The notes beneath the pieces are model-generated. The model was not told where the DNA came from, did not search any database, and was given only the letters and a program-made list of their open reading frames with translations. The position numbers and the translations under genes are program-made. Of a stretch of 64,000 nt of DNA, positions 52,654 through 61,685 are shown piece after piece; within the stretch, counting starts at the first letter, position 1; every line of letters starts with the position of its first letter. Source of the stretch: Thermodesulfovibrionales bacterium (GTDB lineage Bacteria; Nitrospirota; Thermodesulfovibrionia; Thermodesulfovibrionales; SM23-35); contig JBAZZX010000004.1 in the NCBI GenBank assembly GCA_041658585.1, positions 38,286 through 102,285 of the forward strand, in the 5' to 3' direction.

Positions 52654-53834
52654 ACACTATCTATCTCGACAATAACGCAACCACTCAGGTAGCTCCACAA
52701 GTACTTGAAGAAATGTTCCCCTACCTTAGAGATTTTTACGGAAACCCTTCGAGTATGCATACCTTTGGCGGTCAACTCCACAAGAAGATAGAAGAGGCAA
52801 GGGAAAGGGTCGCTCAACTTCTTGGCGCTGAACCGGAAGAGATCATTTTTACAAGCTGCGGTACGGAAAGCGACAACACAGCAATAATGAGCGCTGCCGA
52901 ATCATTTCCCCAAAAGAGACATATCATTACGACACGGGTTGAACACCCTGCGGTGTTAAGTTTCTGCAAACATCTGGCTCGAAAAGGATACAGGATAACA
53001 TTCCTTCCGGTGAACAACCAGGGACAATTAAATATTGATGATTTGATAAAAGTTATTGCAGATGATACGGCGGTTGTCTCGGTAATGTTTGCCAATAACG
53101 AAATCGGAAATATCTTTCCTATTCATCAGGTCGGCGAGATACTCAGAGACAGAAAGGTATTGTTTCATACAGATGCGGTGCAGGCAGTCGGCAAGATACC
53201 GATAGACACAAAAAAGCTGCCGGTTGATATGCTCTCGCTCTCCGGTCACAAACTCCATGCGCCCAAAGGGATAGGCGCACTGTATGTAAGGAAAAAGACA
53301 AGGTTTAATCCGTACCTTATCGGAGGTCACCAGGAAAGGGGAAGAAGGGCAGGCACGGAGAATGTAGCTTCAATCATAGCGCTGGGGAAGGCCTGTGAGC
53401 TTGCAATGAAAGACATTGAGAAAGAATCCGCCTGGCTGTCACGCTTGCGGGACAAACTTGAACAGGCCCTCCTGAAATCCAGTTCCGACACGCGGATAAA
53501 CGGTGATGTTACAAGCAGGCTTCCGAATACATCAAACATAAGTTTTGAATATGTAGAGGGAGAGGCCATTCTCCTGAGGTTGAACGAATACGGCATATGC
53601 GCTTCATCAGGTTCCGCCTGCACTTCCGGATCTCTTGAACCCTCTCACGTATTGAGGGCAATAGGGGTCCCTTTTACGGCAATACACGGTTCAATCAGAT
53701 TTTCGTTAAGCAGATATAATACCGAAGAAGAGATCGATAAAGTCATAGAAATTGTGCCCGGGATTATAAAAGATTTGAGAATGCTTTCACCCTTCGGCAG
53801 AGACAAGCTGAGCGGTACGCTTAAGTGTCCCTGA
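52650..53834 (+). CDS. nifS: Cysteine desulfurase NifS
   Basis: Start at MNTIYLDNNATTQ (ATGA overlap with the nifU stop). PLP lysine box SLSGHKLHAPKG and active-site SSGSACTSG. Confidence 0.95.
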   Translation: MNTIYLDNNATTQVAPQVLEEMFPYLRDFYGNPSSMHTFGGQLHKKIEEARERVAQLLGAEPEEIIFTSCGTESDNTAIMSAAESFPQKRHIITTRVEHPAVLSFCKHLARKGYRITFLPVNNQGQLNIDDLIKVIADDTAVVSVMFANNEIGNIFPIHQVGEILRDRKVLFHTDAVQAVGKIPIDTKKLPVDMLSLSGHKLHAPKGIGALYVRKKTRFNPYLIGGHQERGRRAGTENVASIIALGKACELAMKDIEKESAWLSRLRDKLEQALLKSSSDTRINGDVTSRLPNTSNISFEYVEGEAILLRLNEYGICASSGSACTSGSLEPSHVLRAIGVPFTAIHGSIRFSLSRYNTEEEIDKVIEIVPGIIKDLRMLSPFGRDKLSGTLKCP

Positions 53835-54657
53835 TACGCCGCTTTTTGAACCTTTCATATTTGCCGGTATCTATCTTAATAGGCTTAAAAAGAAAAGCCT
53901 TGAATTCATTTGAGATCATTCTTCTCCCGTGCTTTTTGCCGCACGGGTTGATATTCACAACCTCTGATTTATCGAGGTTCTGAAAGAGATCGATAATCTT
54001 ATCGAGGGATTCCTGATGCAGCTTTTCTATGCTTTCCCTCATCGGCATGGATGTTATGAGATTTTTGTCGATAAAATCGGCAATTTTTTCGCGGTTGAGC
54101 ACTGAAAGATATACCATACCCTTCAGTATCCTTTTATTTGTCTTGAAGGAAAAAAGAAAGCGGTTCAGGGAATGCTCAAGGAATAAATCGTTCCGCAGTT
54201 GCGTTTCTTTATCAATTGCAATAGCCTGCGACCAGTATTTCTTGTCGATAATGCAGTCAGCTTTCAGTTCCAGTAATGTATGTCCGATATTCTTTTTTTC
54301 AGCGGTATAAATGGTGTGGGCAACCGTATCTGCCGCGAGATGGCTCATATATCCATAGACAAATGCCTTCTGCTGTTTTGTCTCGGCAGCTTTAAGAAGT
54401 TCGAAGACGAAATCCCAGTTATGTGAATTTTTATGTTCAGGCACGTACTTTTTTCCGACAACAAGGTCTGCCATTAGTGTGCCGTAAAGAAAATCTTTTC
54501 TGTGTTTTCGTATAATTTTCAGTATTCCTGCAGGAATAAGGGCGCCGAGGGATAAAAGCTCATTACCGAGATAAACATGCGTTAACGGACCCCAGGCAAA
54601 GGCCATTGTTGGCAATAGCATAAATACTATTAATAACAATAACTTAAGTATAATCAT
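53821..54657 (-). CDS. Secreted zinc-dependent phospholipase C-like family protein
   Basis: 278 aa. Signal peptide then WGPLTHVYLG, and His-rich boxes SHLAADTVAH. The family call rests on pattern memory only. Confidence 0.55.
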   Translation of the reverse strand: MIILKLLLLIVFMLLPTMAFAWGPLTHVYLGNELLSLGALIPAGILKIIRKHRKDFLYGTLMADLVVGKKYVPEHKNSHNWDFVFELLKAAETKQQKAFVYGYMSHLAADTVAHTIYTAEKKNIGHTLLELKADCIIDKKYWSQAIAIDKETQLRNDLFLEHSLNRFLFSFKTNKRILKGMVYLSVLNREKIADFIDKNLITSMPMRESIEKLHQESLDKIIDLFQNLDKSEVVNINPCGKKHGRRMISNEFKAFLFKPIKIDTGKYERFKKRRIRDT

Positions 54658-56105
54658 TTAAAGTTGTTTATTAAATTAAAAAGAAGCCTTACGCCGATGC
54701 CGGTAGCACCTTTGGGAATATAAGGTTTATCTTTTTTAATATATGCAGTGCCTGCGATATCGAGGTGTACCCATGGGGTATCACCGGCAAATTCGTGGAG
54801 AAAGCATGCCGATGATGACAATGAGCCTTGCTTGCCTCCCGAGTTCTTGAGATCGGCAATATCGCTCTTTATATATTCTTTATATTCCTCATAAAGGGGC
54901 ATTTCCCATACCCGTTCATGGACGCTATCACCTGATTGTTTCATTCTTTCAAGCATTTCTTTGTTGTTACCCATCATTGCTATTACAACATTACCAAAGG
55001 CAATTGAACACGCTCCTGTCAGGGTGGCGATATCTATAATAGCCTTTGGTTTATAACGCTTTGCGTATCCGATTGCATCGGCGAGTGTCATCCGTCCTTC
55101 AGCGTCGGTGCTGATTATCTCGATGGTCTTCCCGTCTATTGCCCTTACAACATCTCCCGGCCTTGAGGCTGAACCGCCAGGCAGATTTTCCGTTGCAGGC
55201 AATATACCGATCAGATGAACGGGCAGGTCCAGTTCGGAAACGGCCTTCATAATGCCAAGTACGGCGGCCCCTCCGGCCATATCATATTTCATTTTTTCCA
55301 TGCCGTCGGACGGCTTTATCGATAAACCGCCGCTGTCAAAGGTGATGGCTTTTCCGATGAGCACGATAGCATCTTTTTTCGATCCCTTATATTCAAGAAG
55401 GATAAATTTTAAAGGCTGATTTGATCCTCCGGCAACAGACAGATAAGAGAACATGCCAAGTTTTTCAATATCTTTTCTCTCCAGGACTGTTACGGTAAAA
55501 TTCTTTTTCTTCAGTGTCAGCGCCGCTTTTGCAAGATCAGCCGGAGTCATATCATTGGCAGGCGTATTGACCAGGTCCCTTGCAAAACAGACTGATGAGG
55601 CGACTGTTTTAGCCATGGAAAGCTCATCTGCTAATTTTCTTGAAGTTTTTGAGAGTATATAAAGGGCATCGATTTCCCTGATATCCTTTTCTTTTTGATA
55701 TTTCCGGAAGGTATAAAGTCCAAGCAAAGCCCCTTCAACAAAGTTGACCGGCGAGATGTTAAGGGTTGGAAAAAAGCCGGCGGACAAAGCAACTTTTTTC
55801 ATGCCCCTGTCACGCAGACCGGCTAATGCTTTACCGCCGGCCTGTCTAATCTTTTCCGGCGAGATACCCGCTTTCTTGCCCAGACCGGCAAGGCAGATTC
55901 TTTCAGGTTTCATATCTTCCGGCGCGGAAACCAGAAGGACTTCATTTTGTTTGCCGGAGAATTCTCCCGAGAATGCTTTTTTGATCGCTTTTGAAAGGGA
56001 TGGATGCAAATGCTCATAAAGCCCTGAATCTCCCTCTGCAAAAGGAAGAATCAGGGCGTCACAAATGCAATCTTCCTCTCTTATGTCCTTTATGTAAATT
56101 TTCAT
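54654..56105 (-). CDS. pepA: Leucyl aminopeptidase (M17)
   Basis: Start taken at MKIYIKDIRE (56105). VGKAITFDSGG and STDAEGRMTLADA boxes. The longer track ORF (to 56342) reads through a palindromic repeat. Confidence 0.9.
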   Translation of the reverse strand: MKIYIKDIREEDCICDALILPFAEGDSGLYEHLHPSLSKAIKKAFSGEFSGKQNEVLLVSAPEDMKPERICLAGLGKKAGISPEKIRQAGGKALAGLRDRGMKKVALSAGFFPTLNISPVNFVEGALLGLYTFRKYQKEKDIREIDALYILSKTSRKLADELSMAKTVASSVCFARDLVNTPANDMTPADLAKAALTLKKKNFTVTVLERKDIEKLGMFSYLSVAGGSNQPLKFILLEYKGSKKDAIVLIGKAITFDSGGLSIKPSDGMEKMKYDMAGGAAVLGIMKAVSELDLPVHLIGILPATENLPGGSASRPGDVVRAIDGKTIEIISTDAEGRMTLADAIGYAKRYKPKAIIDIATLTGACSIAFGNVVIAMMGNNKEMLERMKQSGDSVHERVWEMPLYEEYKEYIKSDIADLKNSGGKQGSLSSSACFLHEFAGDTPWVHLDIAGTAYIKKDKPYIPKGATGIGVRLLFNLINNFK

Positions 56106-56168
56106 TATCTTTAATGACCACATTAATTGTAGCTGATTGTTTTTAATAGTAGCAAGTTTGACAACATC

Positions 56169-56281
56169 GCAAAAAGTCCTTTTCATGGCTGTCATTCCCG
56201 AAGTCCTTAATCGGGAATCCATTCTTTTCAAGAAGTTGCGCGCACTTGGATTCCCGCCTTCGCGGGAATGACGACTTTTTA
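56169..56281. repeat. Nested palindromic intergenic element (GTCATTCCCG...CGGGAATGAC type)
   Basis: Two hairpins, GTCATTCCCGAAGTCCTTAATCGGGAATCC and GGATTCCCGCCTTCGCGGGAATGAC, are inverted relative to each other. Outer inverted repeat GCAAAAAGTC / GACTTTTTAC. Confidence 0.7.
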
Positions 56282-56351
56282 CGAGTTCATCAAGTTTAAG
56301 AATTGCGGACCGGTGATTGACAGTTCGCTTCTTTTTAAGCAATTATTGATT

Positions 56352-57512
56352 ATGTCTGCTGATGCAATCGCATGTTTTACAAAAGAAGCCATACAACAGG
56401 GTTACGGAATCCCGTTTACGAACGGCAACAGGGTGACCCTTCTATGGAAGGGCAGAGACTTATTCCATACCATTTTTGACTATGTTCGGAGCGCTAAGGA
56501 ACTGATATGTCTTGAGTTTTATATCTTCAGAAATGATGAAACAGGCGCCGAGCTTGCTTCAATCCTTAAACAAAAGGCCTCTGAAGGCGTCAAGGTGTAT
56601 ATCCTCTATGACCATTTCGGTTCTTTCGACACTCCGGGTAAATTCTGGCGGGAACTCCAAAACGCAGGGGTAAGGATAAGAGCAACTCATCCTTTTAAAT
56701 GGACAAGGCCTTTTCATTATGTCCACCGCGACCATAAAAAGCTGATCATAATTGACGGGGTGAAGGCGTTTACCGGAGGATTGAACATTGCCAATGAGTA
56801 CAGTGGATACCGCAGGTTCAAGAAAATAAAAGGCTGGAGAGACACCGGTATATTCCTTGAGGGACCGATTGCCAAAATCCTCCTCGATATATTCAAAAGA
56901 AGCTGGGAGATATGGAAAGGTGAACCGATTGACTTCAATAAATCTATTCAGCCTTTTGAAGACGGCATACCGGCTATCCCGATTTTCACAGACTCTGCCA
57001 AAGGCAGAAGGAAGATGAGAAAACTGCTCTATTACAGCATCAACAGGGCGCGGGAAAGCATTTATCTGACGACGGCTTACTTTACTCCAAGCATAAGGAT
57101 GCTCTATCTGCTCGAAGATGCAGTATCGAGAGGCGTGAAAGTAAGGATGCTTTTACCCGGCAGATCGGACGTTATTTCAGCTCATTATGCGGGCAGAGCT
57201 TTTTTCGCAAAACTCTTAAAGAGCGGCGTTGAAATATATAACTACCGTGGTGAAATACTCCATGCAAAGACTGCTATCCTTGACTGCAACTGGAGCATCA
57301 TCGGCTCCGCGAATCTGGATTTCCAGTCTCTCAGAAGGAACGACGAAGGGAACGTCGGTATTATTGATGAAGATTTTGGCAGGCAAATGGCGGAAGTCTT
57401 TTATGAGGATTTAAAGCAGTCGGAGCAAATAATTCTCGAAAAGTGGAAACAGAGGTCTCTATGGGAGAAGCTAAAGGAAAGTTTTTTTGTGATATTCAGA
57501 ATGAGGCTGTGA
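56352..57512 (+). CDS. cls: Cardiolipin synthase / phospholipase D family protein (two HKD motifs, no obvious TM segment)
   Basis: Start taken at MSADAIAC (56352). HKD motifs HRDHKKLIIIDG and LHAKTAILDCNWSIIGSANLD. Confidence 0.85.
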   Translation: MSADAIACFTKEAIQQGYGIPFTNGNRVTLLWKGRDLFHTIFDYVRSAKELICLEFYIFRNDETGAELASILKQKASEGVKVYILYDHFGSFDTPGKFWRELQNAGVRIRATHPFKWTRPFHYVHRDHKKLIIIDGVKAFTGGLNIANEYSGYRRFKKIKGWRDTGIFLEGPIAKILLDIFKRSWEIWKGEPIDFNKSIQPFEDGIPAIPIFTDSAKGRRKMRKLLYYSINRARESIYLTTAYFTPSIRMLYLLEDAVSRGVKVRMLLPGRSDVISAHYAGRAFFAKLLKSGVEIYNYRGEILHAKTAILDCNWSIIGSANLDFQSLRRNDEGNVGIIDEDFGRQMAEVFYEDLKQSEQIILEKWKQRSLWEKLKESFFVIFRMRL

Positions 57513-57546
57513 CCCGCTTATTTAAAGGTAATTCACCGCCGAAGGC

Positions 57547-58044
57547 TCATGAGGGTTTAGGTGAAAGGATCTTCGGCTTGTCCCTTTTTGCATTGACAAT
57601 GCAGAAGAATCCGAAAGGTTCATTATAGGGATTTTTCAACTGATGAACTATACCGGGTCCGATATATAATGTATCGAGAAAATTTAAGATATGCTTTTTC
57701 TTCCCTGTGACGTAAATCCCTTTACCCCTTATGCCAATAACCACATGCTCATGTTTATGCATTTCAAGGCTGCTGTGACCTCCGGATGCAATTTCAAAAT
57801 ATCGCACATGGAATTTTACTGATTCACCGTGGTTACCGATCAGGGTCTGTCTCACAATATCGGCCCAGTCTGTGCCGTGTGATTTGTAATGTTCGGTTTT
57901 AATTCCTTTCCATGTAAAGTTGCTTTTATGTTTGTAAAGCCTGCTTGTATTGTTTTTTTCAGTTATTTTATGAGAATCGAAATCACAGTAAAGCGGTTGT
58001 TTTTTTATCATGAAAACCTTCCTGCTAAATTTTATCGCAAACAA
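57547..58044 (-). CDS. Cupin-domain protein
   Basis: 165 aa. Cupin boxes GGHSSLEMHKHEHVVIG and LYIGPGIVHQLKN. The start may be the internal MIKKQ (58011). Confidence 0.7.
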   Translation of the reverse strand: MFAIKFSRKVFMIKKQPLYCDFDSHKITEKNNTSRLYKHKSNFTWKGIKTEHYKSHGTDWADIVRQTLIGNHGESVKFHVRYFEIASGGHSSLEMHKHEHVVIGIRGKGIYVTGKKKHILNFLDTLYIGPGIVHQLKNPYNEPFGFFCIVNAKRDKPKILSPKPS

Positions 58045-58056
58045 AAGCCCGAGTCA

Positions 58057-59082
58057 TTATTGAAAAGTTATCACAGCTTTTAAAGAATCCCTTGCCTCTG
58101 CCGTCAGCCTGAAAGCCTCTGCCGTCTCTTCAATCCGAAACCTGTGGGTGATAAGCTCTTCAGCCCGTATAGTTCCCTCGGCAATAATATCAAGCGCATC
58201 CGCCGTATCAGTCGGGCCGCAGGAATAACTGGTGATTATATTTATGTCTTTGAAATAGAGATCATTGGGGTTAATGGTAAGTTGTTCTCCCGGTTTGGCC
58301 GGAGTAAACAGCACAACTTTTCCGCCGGCGCCTGCCGCAGATAAGCCCTGCCTCATTGTCTCGGCACTATTAGGTCCGACAATTACCAAGTCTGCCATAG
58401 TTTCATTGGTCAAATCTTTCAGCGCATCGATGAGGTCGTTTTTTGATACATCGATGACCTCATCAGCGCCGAATTTTTTTGCCTTATTAAGCCTGAAAGG
58501 TATCATATCGGCTCCTATGATTCTTTCTGCGCCGTATTTTCTTGAGAGCAGGATATGCAATTGACCCATCACGCCAAGACCGATAACCAGTACGGTATCG
58601 CCATTCCTTATCTTCGCTCTCTTCAACGCTTTGACAACGCAGGCAGAGGGTTCTATAAATGTCCCGTCCTCAAAACTCAGGTTATCGGGCAGGTTCAGTG
58701 TATCGTTTTCAAGATTGATTTCAGGAATTAAGATGTATTCGGAAATCCCTCCCGGTTCTATCTTTGTGTTTTTCCAGGTCTCACACTGGACATAATCTCC
58801 GCGCCTGCAATGTCTGCAGGTAAAGCACGGCGCATGGTGATGGGTGAAAACCCTGTCGCCAACTTTAAAAGATGTGACTTCATTGCCGACCTCGACAATT
58901 TCTCCGGAAGGTTCATGCCCCAAAACCAATGGCGCCTTCTGTTCGATATACCATGGCATAACATCACCGGAACATATGCCGCATGCCTTTGTTTTGAGGA
59001 GCGCGTCCCTCGGGCCGATGCGTGGAATTGGAACGTCCTCTATACGGATATCGTGGAAACTATATAATTTGGCGACTTTCAT
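58057..59082 (-). CDS. Zinc-dependent medium-chain alcohol/polyol dehydrogenase
   Basis: 341 aa. GHEPSGEIVEVG, structural-zinc cluster CFTCRHCRRGDYVQC, and GLGVMGQL. Confidence 0.85.
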   Translation of the reverse strand: MKVAKLYSFHDIRIEDVPIPRIGPRDALLKTKACGICSGDVMPWYIEQKAPLVLGHEPSGEIVEVGNEVTSFKVGDRVFTHHHAPCFTCRHCRRGDYVQCETWKNTKIEPGGISEYILIPEINLENDTLNLPDNLSFEDGTFIEPSACVVKALKRAKIRNGDTVLVIGLGVMGQLHILLSRKYGAERIIGADMIPFRLNKAKKFGADEVIDVSKNDLIDALKDLTNETMADLVIVGPNSAETMRQGLSAAGAGGKVVLFTPAKPGEQLTINPNDLYFKDINIITSYSCGPTDTADALDIIAEGTIRAEELITHRFRIEETAEAFRLTAEARDSLKAVITFQ

Positions 59083-59168
59083 AGAATATTAATAGTTATA
59101 AAAAACTACAGTATTTATTAGTAAGTTTTGAATGTCAATTCAATTATCCTAAACATTGCAAAAAAGTC

Positions 59169-59318
59169 TTACTAAGGAGTTCATAAGTAAAGCCACACAC
59201 CCTCACCCTTGCCCTCTCCCCTCAAGGGAGAGGGGACTTAAGAATTGCCCCTCCCTTGAGGGGAGGGGATAAAGGGGAGGGTGTTTAAATGTGTCCTTAC
59301 TTATGAACTCCTTAGTAA
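59169..59318. repeat. Nested palindromic intergenic element (same family as 42544-42673)
   Basis: 23-bp terminal inverted repeat TTACTAAGGAGTTCATAAGTAA(A)G (59169-59191 / 59296-59318) enclosing two inverted G/C-run hairpin arms (CCCTCTCCCCTCAAGGGAGAGGGG and CCCCTCCCTTGAGGGGAGGGG). Confidence 0.7.
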
Positions 59319-59517
59319 ATGTGAAAGGCAGATATGGTAAAAAAGCTTTTAGGTTCTCCTCGGCGAATCCGCCTGAGTGCGGACGACTCCATAATGCACT
59401 ATCGTCACTGTTCGATATACACTTATCTGAAAGGCACATTAGTTTAAAAGTGCCGTCAGGTGATATGGATTATTTTGGGTCGCTTTTAAAAGGTTTTTTA
59501 TCATGTCTGCTTTTCAT
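59317..59517 (+). mobile_element. MITE-like element, copy A (~170-nt unit with ~30-nt terminal inverted repeats, carrying a 31-nt nested insertion)
   Basis: Left end AAATGTGAAAGGCAGATATGGTAAAAAAGCTTTTA. Right end TAAAAGGTTTTTTATCATGTCTGCTTTTCAT. Collinear with 61513-61684 except for the insertion at 59354-59384. Confidence 0.65.
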
Positions 59518-59565
59518 TATATGCAACTGATGATATGTGACTATTATTATTCTCTAAACTTTATT

Positions 59566-60087
59566 TTAATTGTGTTTCTTTTCTATTATATCTTTTTTAA
59601 GATTTCTTATGACCGTCTCCGATACAAGACCGTTTAGTGTTCCGGTCAATGTTCCGGCAAGTGTGATGACCGGCGCAATAAGCAGGACTGCCTCGATCCT
59701 TTGTATAAAAAGAAAATAAGCAAGAATCAATTGCGTCATGTTATGCAAGAACGCGCCGATGATGCTAAGACCTACCGCACTGAATAATCTTGGGGTAAGT
59801 AAAACTACGACTCCCATTGACATCGTACTCAAAACGCCGCCGCCGAGGCTTAGGATAAATGCCGGCCCGGGAAAAGTCCCTGTAAGCAGCGATGAAATAA
59901 TCACCCTTACGAGAGTCACCAGCATAGCCGTCCTGAAGCCATACAGCAACAACGCTATAACGGTGATAACATTTGCAAGACCGAGCCTCATCCATGGTAT
60001 AGGTGAGGGAAGCAGACTTTCTATGCCGTGGATTCCGATTGCAAACGCGGAGAGCAGGGCGATCCGGTATTTATCCCGTAATTGCAT
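59566..60087 (-). CDS. Gx transporter family membrane protein (Hpre_diP_synt_I-like)
   Basis: 173 aa polytopic protein. PWMRLGLANVITVIALL box is typical of this family. Confidence 0.7.
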   Translation of the reverse strand: MQLRDKYRIALLSAFAIGIHGIESLLPSPIPWMRLGLANVITVIALLLYGFRTAMLVTLVRVIISSLLTGTFPGPAFILSLGGGVLSTMSMGVVVLLTPRLFSAVGLSIIGAFLHNMTQLILAYFLFIQRIEAVLLIAPVITLAGTLTGTLNGLVSETVIRNLKKDIIEKKHN

Positions 60088-60460
60088 CAGGACCGTCCTT
60101 TTGCCTGTCTTTATTCCCTACCGTTACAACAACCCTGTTGGGCAGGCATACGATCGACCCGCTATGAATCCATCCCTGCTTTATGCACAGTTTGTTGCTG
60201 CATGGAGAATCCGTGATCCGCACCGCGTGGTCTTTTATTTCGATGGTTGTATTTCCTACCGGGCCCTCCACTGAAAGTATCCTGTTTTTATCGAGAGGCA
60301 GGATGTAGACGGGTTTACCGTTTACTTCAACCAGTACCGATTTGCTTTGGGGCATAATATCTTTTATGGAAAAGATTCCGGCTAAAGAAACGGATAATAA
60401 AAGCAAAAAAAGTATCCTGTCGGCGCCCGTAGTATTAAGAAGGATTTTTCTGAAACTCAA
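60071..60460 (-). CDS. NusG domain II-containing protein (DUF1312-like)
   Basis: 129 aa. N-terminal TM anchor, then TIEIKDHAVRITDSPCSNKLCIKQGWIHSGSIVCLPNRVVV. Confidence 0.7.
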   Translation of the reverse strand: MSFRKILLNTTGADRILFLLLLSVSLAGIFSIKDIMPQSKSVLVEVNGKPVYILPLDKNRILSVEGPVGNTTIEIKDHAVRITDSPCSNKLCIKQGWIHSGSIVCLPNRVVVTVGNKDRQKDGPDAITG

Positions 60461-61514
60461 TTTTTCCTCTCAGGTCGGGAGTTATATGAGTTGTCCCGCG
60501 ACTGTCGATCATTATCCCGCTGAAGCCCATTTTCTTAAAAACCATCATACCTTTTTCAGGGCCGAGGATGAATATCCCTGTTGCAAAAGCATCCGTGAAT
60601 ACACCTTCTTTCGCCATAACTGTTACACTACGGCAGCCTCCGGCAGGATACCCCGTCTTTGGATCGAGCAGATGATGGAATTTTTTCCCGTTGCTTATGA
60701 AATATCTTTCGTAATCTCCGGATGTGGATATGGCCATATCCGTAAGTTCTACGGTTGCCATGATGTCATCCTTGTCACCCTTTGCATTGGGATTTCTTAT
60801 GCCTATCTTCCAGGGCTTCCCATCGGGTTTTAATCCGAATGCCTTAATATCTCCTGCAATGGCTACAATCCCGGCATGTATGCCCTGCTTTTTCAGTGTT
60901 TCGATTGCCCTGTCTGCTGCGTATCCTTTTGTTATTCCACCCGGATCGATAAGCATTCCCTTGCGTTTCAGATAAACGGTAGATTTGGCATTGTCTATCA
61001 GCAAATCCCTGTAGTTTATAAGGGAAAGCTTCTCCCTGATCTTTCCGTCATCAGGTCTGATCTGTTTAAGAAAATTATACATTGATGTGAGCGGACCTAT
61101 TGTTATATCGAAAGACCCTTCCGTTTTTTCCGAAACATAGAGAGCTTTATCAACAAGCCGTAAAACATCCGAAGAGACTTTGACTCCGGACAACCCGGCA
61201 TTTCTGTTTATCAAAGAAATTTCACTTTCGGCGGAATAAAAGTTCAGAAGTTGTTCAAGTTTTTCTATTGCAGAAAAGGCGGCGTCAACGGATTTTTCCG
61301 CCTTTGATTCGGAAGCGGATACAACCGTTATGGTAACAAGGGTATCCATAAGGATTTTGCTTTTTTGATAAATCCTGTCTTTTTGATGCGTGCAAGCAGA
61401 TAGCAAAAAAAACAAAAATGCAAAACAAAAAAAGAAAAGCAAGAAAGCTAAAGACGGTTTTACCGCCCGCTTTTTAAAATGACGGTTGTTATATATCCGC
61501 TTCATTTTATACAA
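60435..61514 (-). CDS. apbE: FAD:protein FMN transferase ApbE (lipoprotein)
   Basis: 359 aa. Lipobox LLSAC. GGITKGYAADRA and AISTSGDYERYF boxes. Confidence 0.9.
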   Translation of the reverse strand: MYKMKRIYNNRHFKKRAVKPSLAFLLFFFCFAFLFFLLSACTHQKDRIYQKSKILMDTLVTITVVSASESKAEKSVDAAFSAIEKLEQLLNFYSAESEISLINRNAGLSGVKVSSDVLRLVDKALYVSEKTEGSFDITIGPLTSMYNFLKQIRPDDGKIREKLSLINYRDLLIDNAKSTVYLKRKGMLIDPGGITKGYAADRAIETLKKQGIHAGIVAIAGDIKAFGLKPDGKPWKIGIRNPNAKGDKDDIMATVELTDMAISTSGDYERYFISNGKKFHHLLDPKTGYPAGGCRSVTVMAKEGVFTDAFATGIFILGPEKGMMVFKKMGFSGIMIDSRGTTHITPDLRGKIEFQKNPS

Positions 61515-61684
61515 ATGTGAAAGGCAGATATGATAAAAAAGCTTTTAGGCGACTCCTTAATGTACTATTATCACTGTTCGATATACACATATCTGAAAGG
61601 CAAATCAGGTTAAAAGTGTCGTCAGGTGAATATTGATTAATTTTTGTCGCGTTTAAAAGCTTTTTTATCATGTCTGCCTTTCAT
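61513..61684 (+). mobile_element. MITE-like element, copy B (uninterrupted)
   Basis: AAATGTGAAAGGCAGATATGATAAAAAAGCTTTTA ... TAAAAGCTTTTTTATCATGTCTGCCTTTCAT. The termini are near-perfect inverted repeats, and there is an internal third TGAAAGGCA box. Confidence 0.65.
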
Positions 61685-61685
61685 G

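Noticed and set aside
54654-56342. Long forms of pepA (562 aa) and cls (from 56268)
   Set aside because: The extra N-terminal residues are translations of the palindromic repeat at 56169-56281. Internal ATGs give canonical family N-termini.
59738-60274. 178-aa plus-strand ORF
   Set aside because: It is antisense to the Gx-transporter and NusG-II genes, whose family motifs are clear. It has no independent support.
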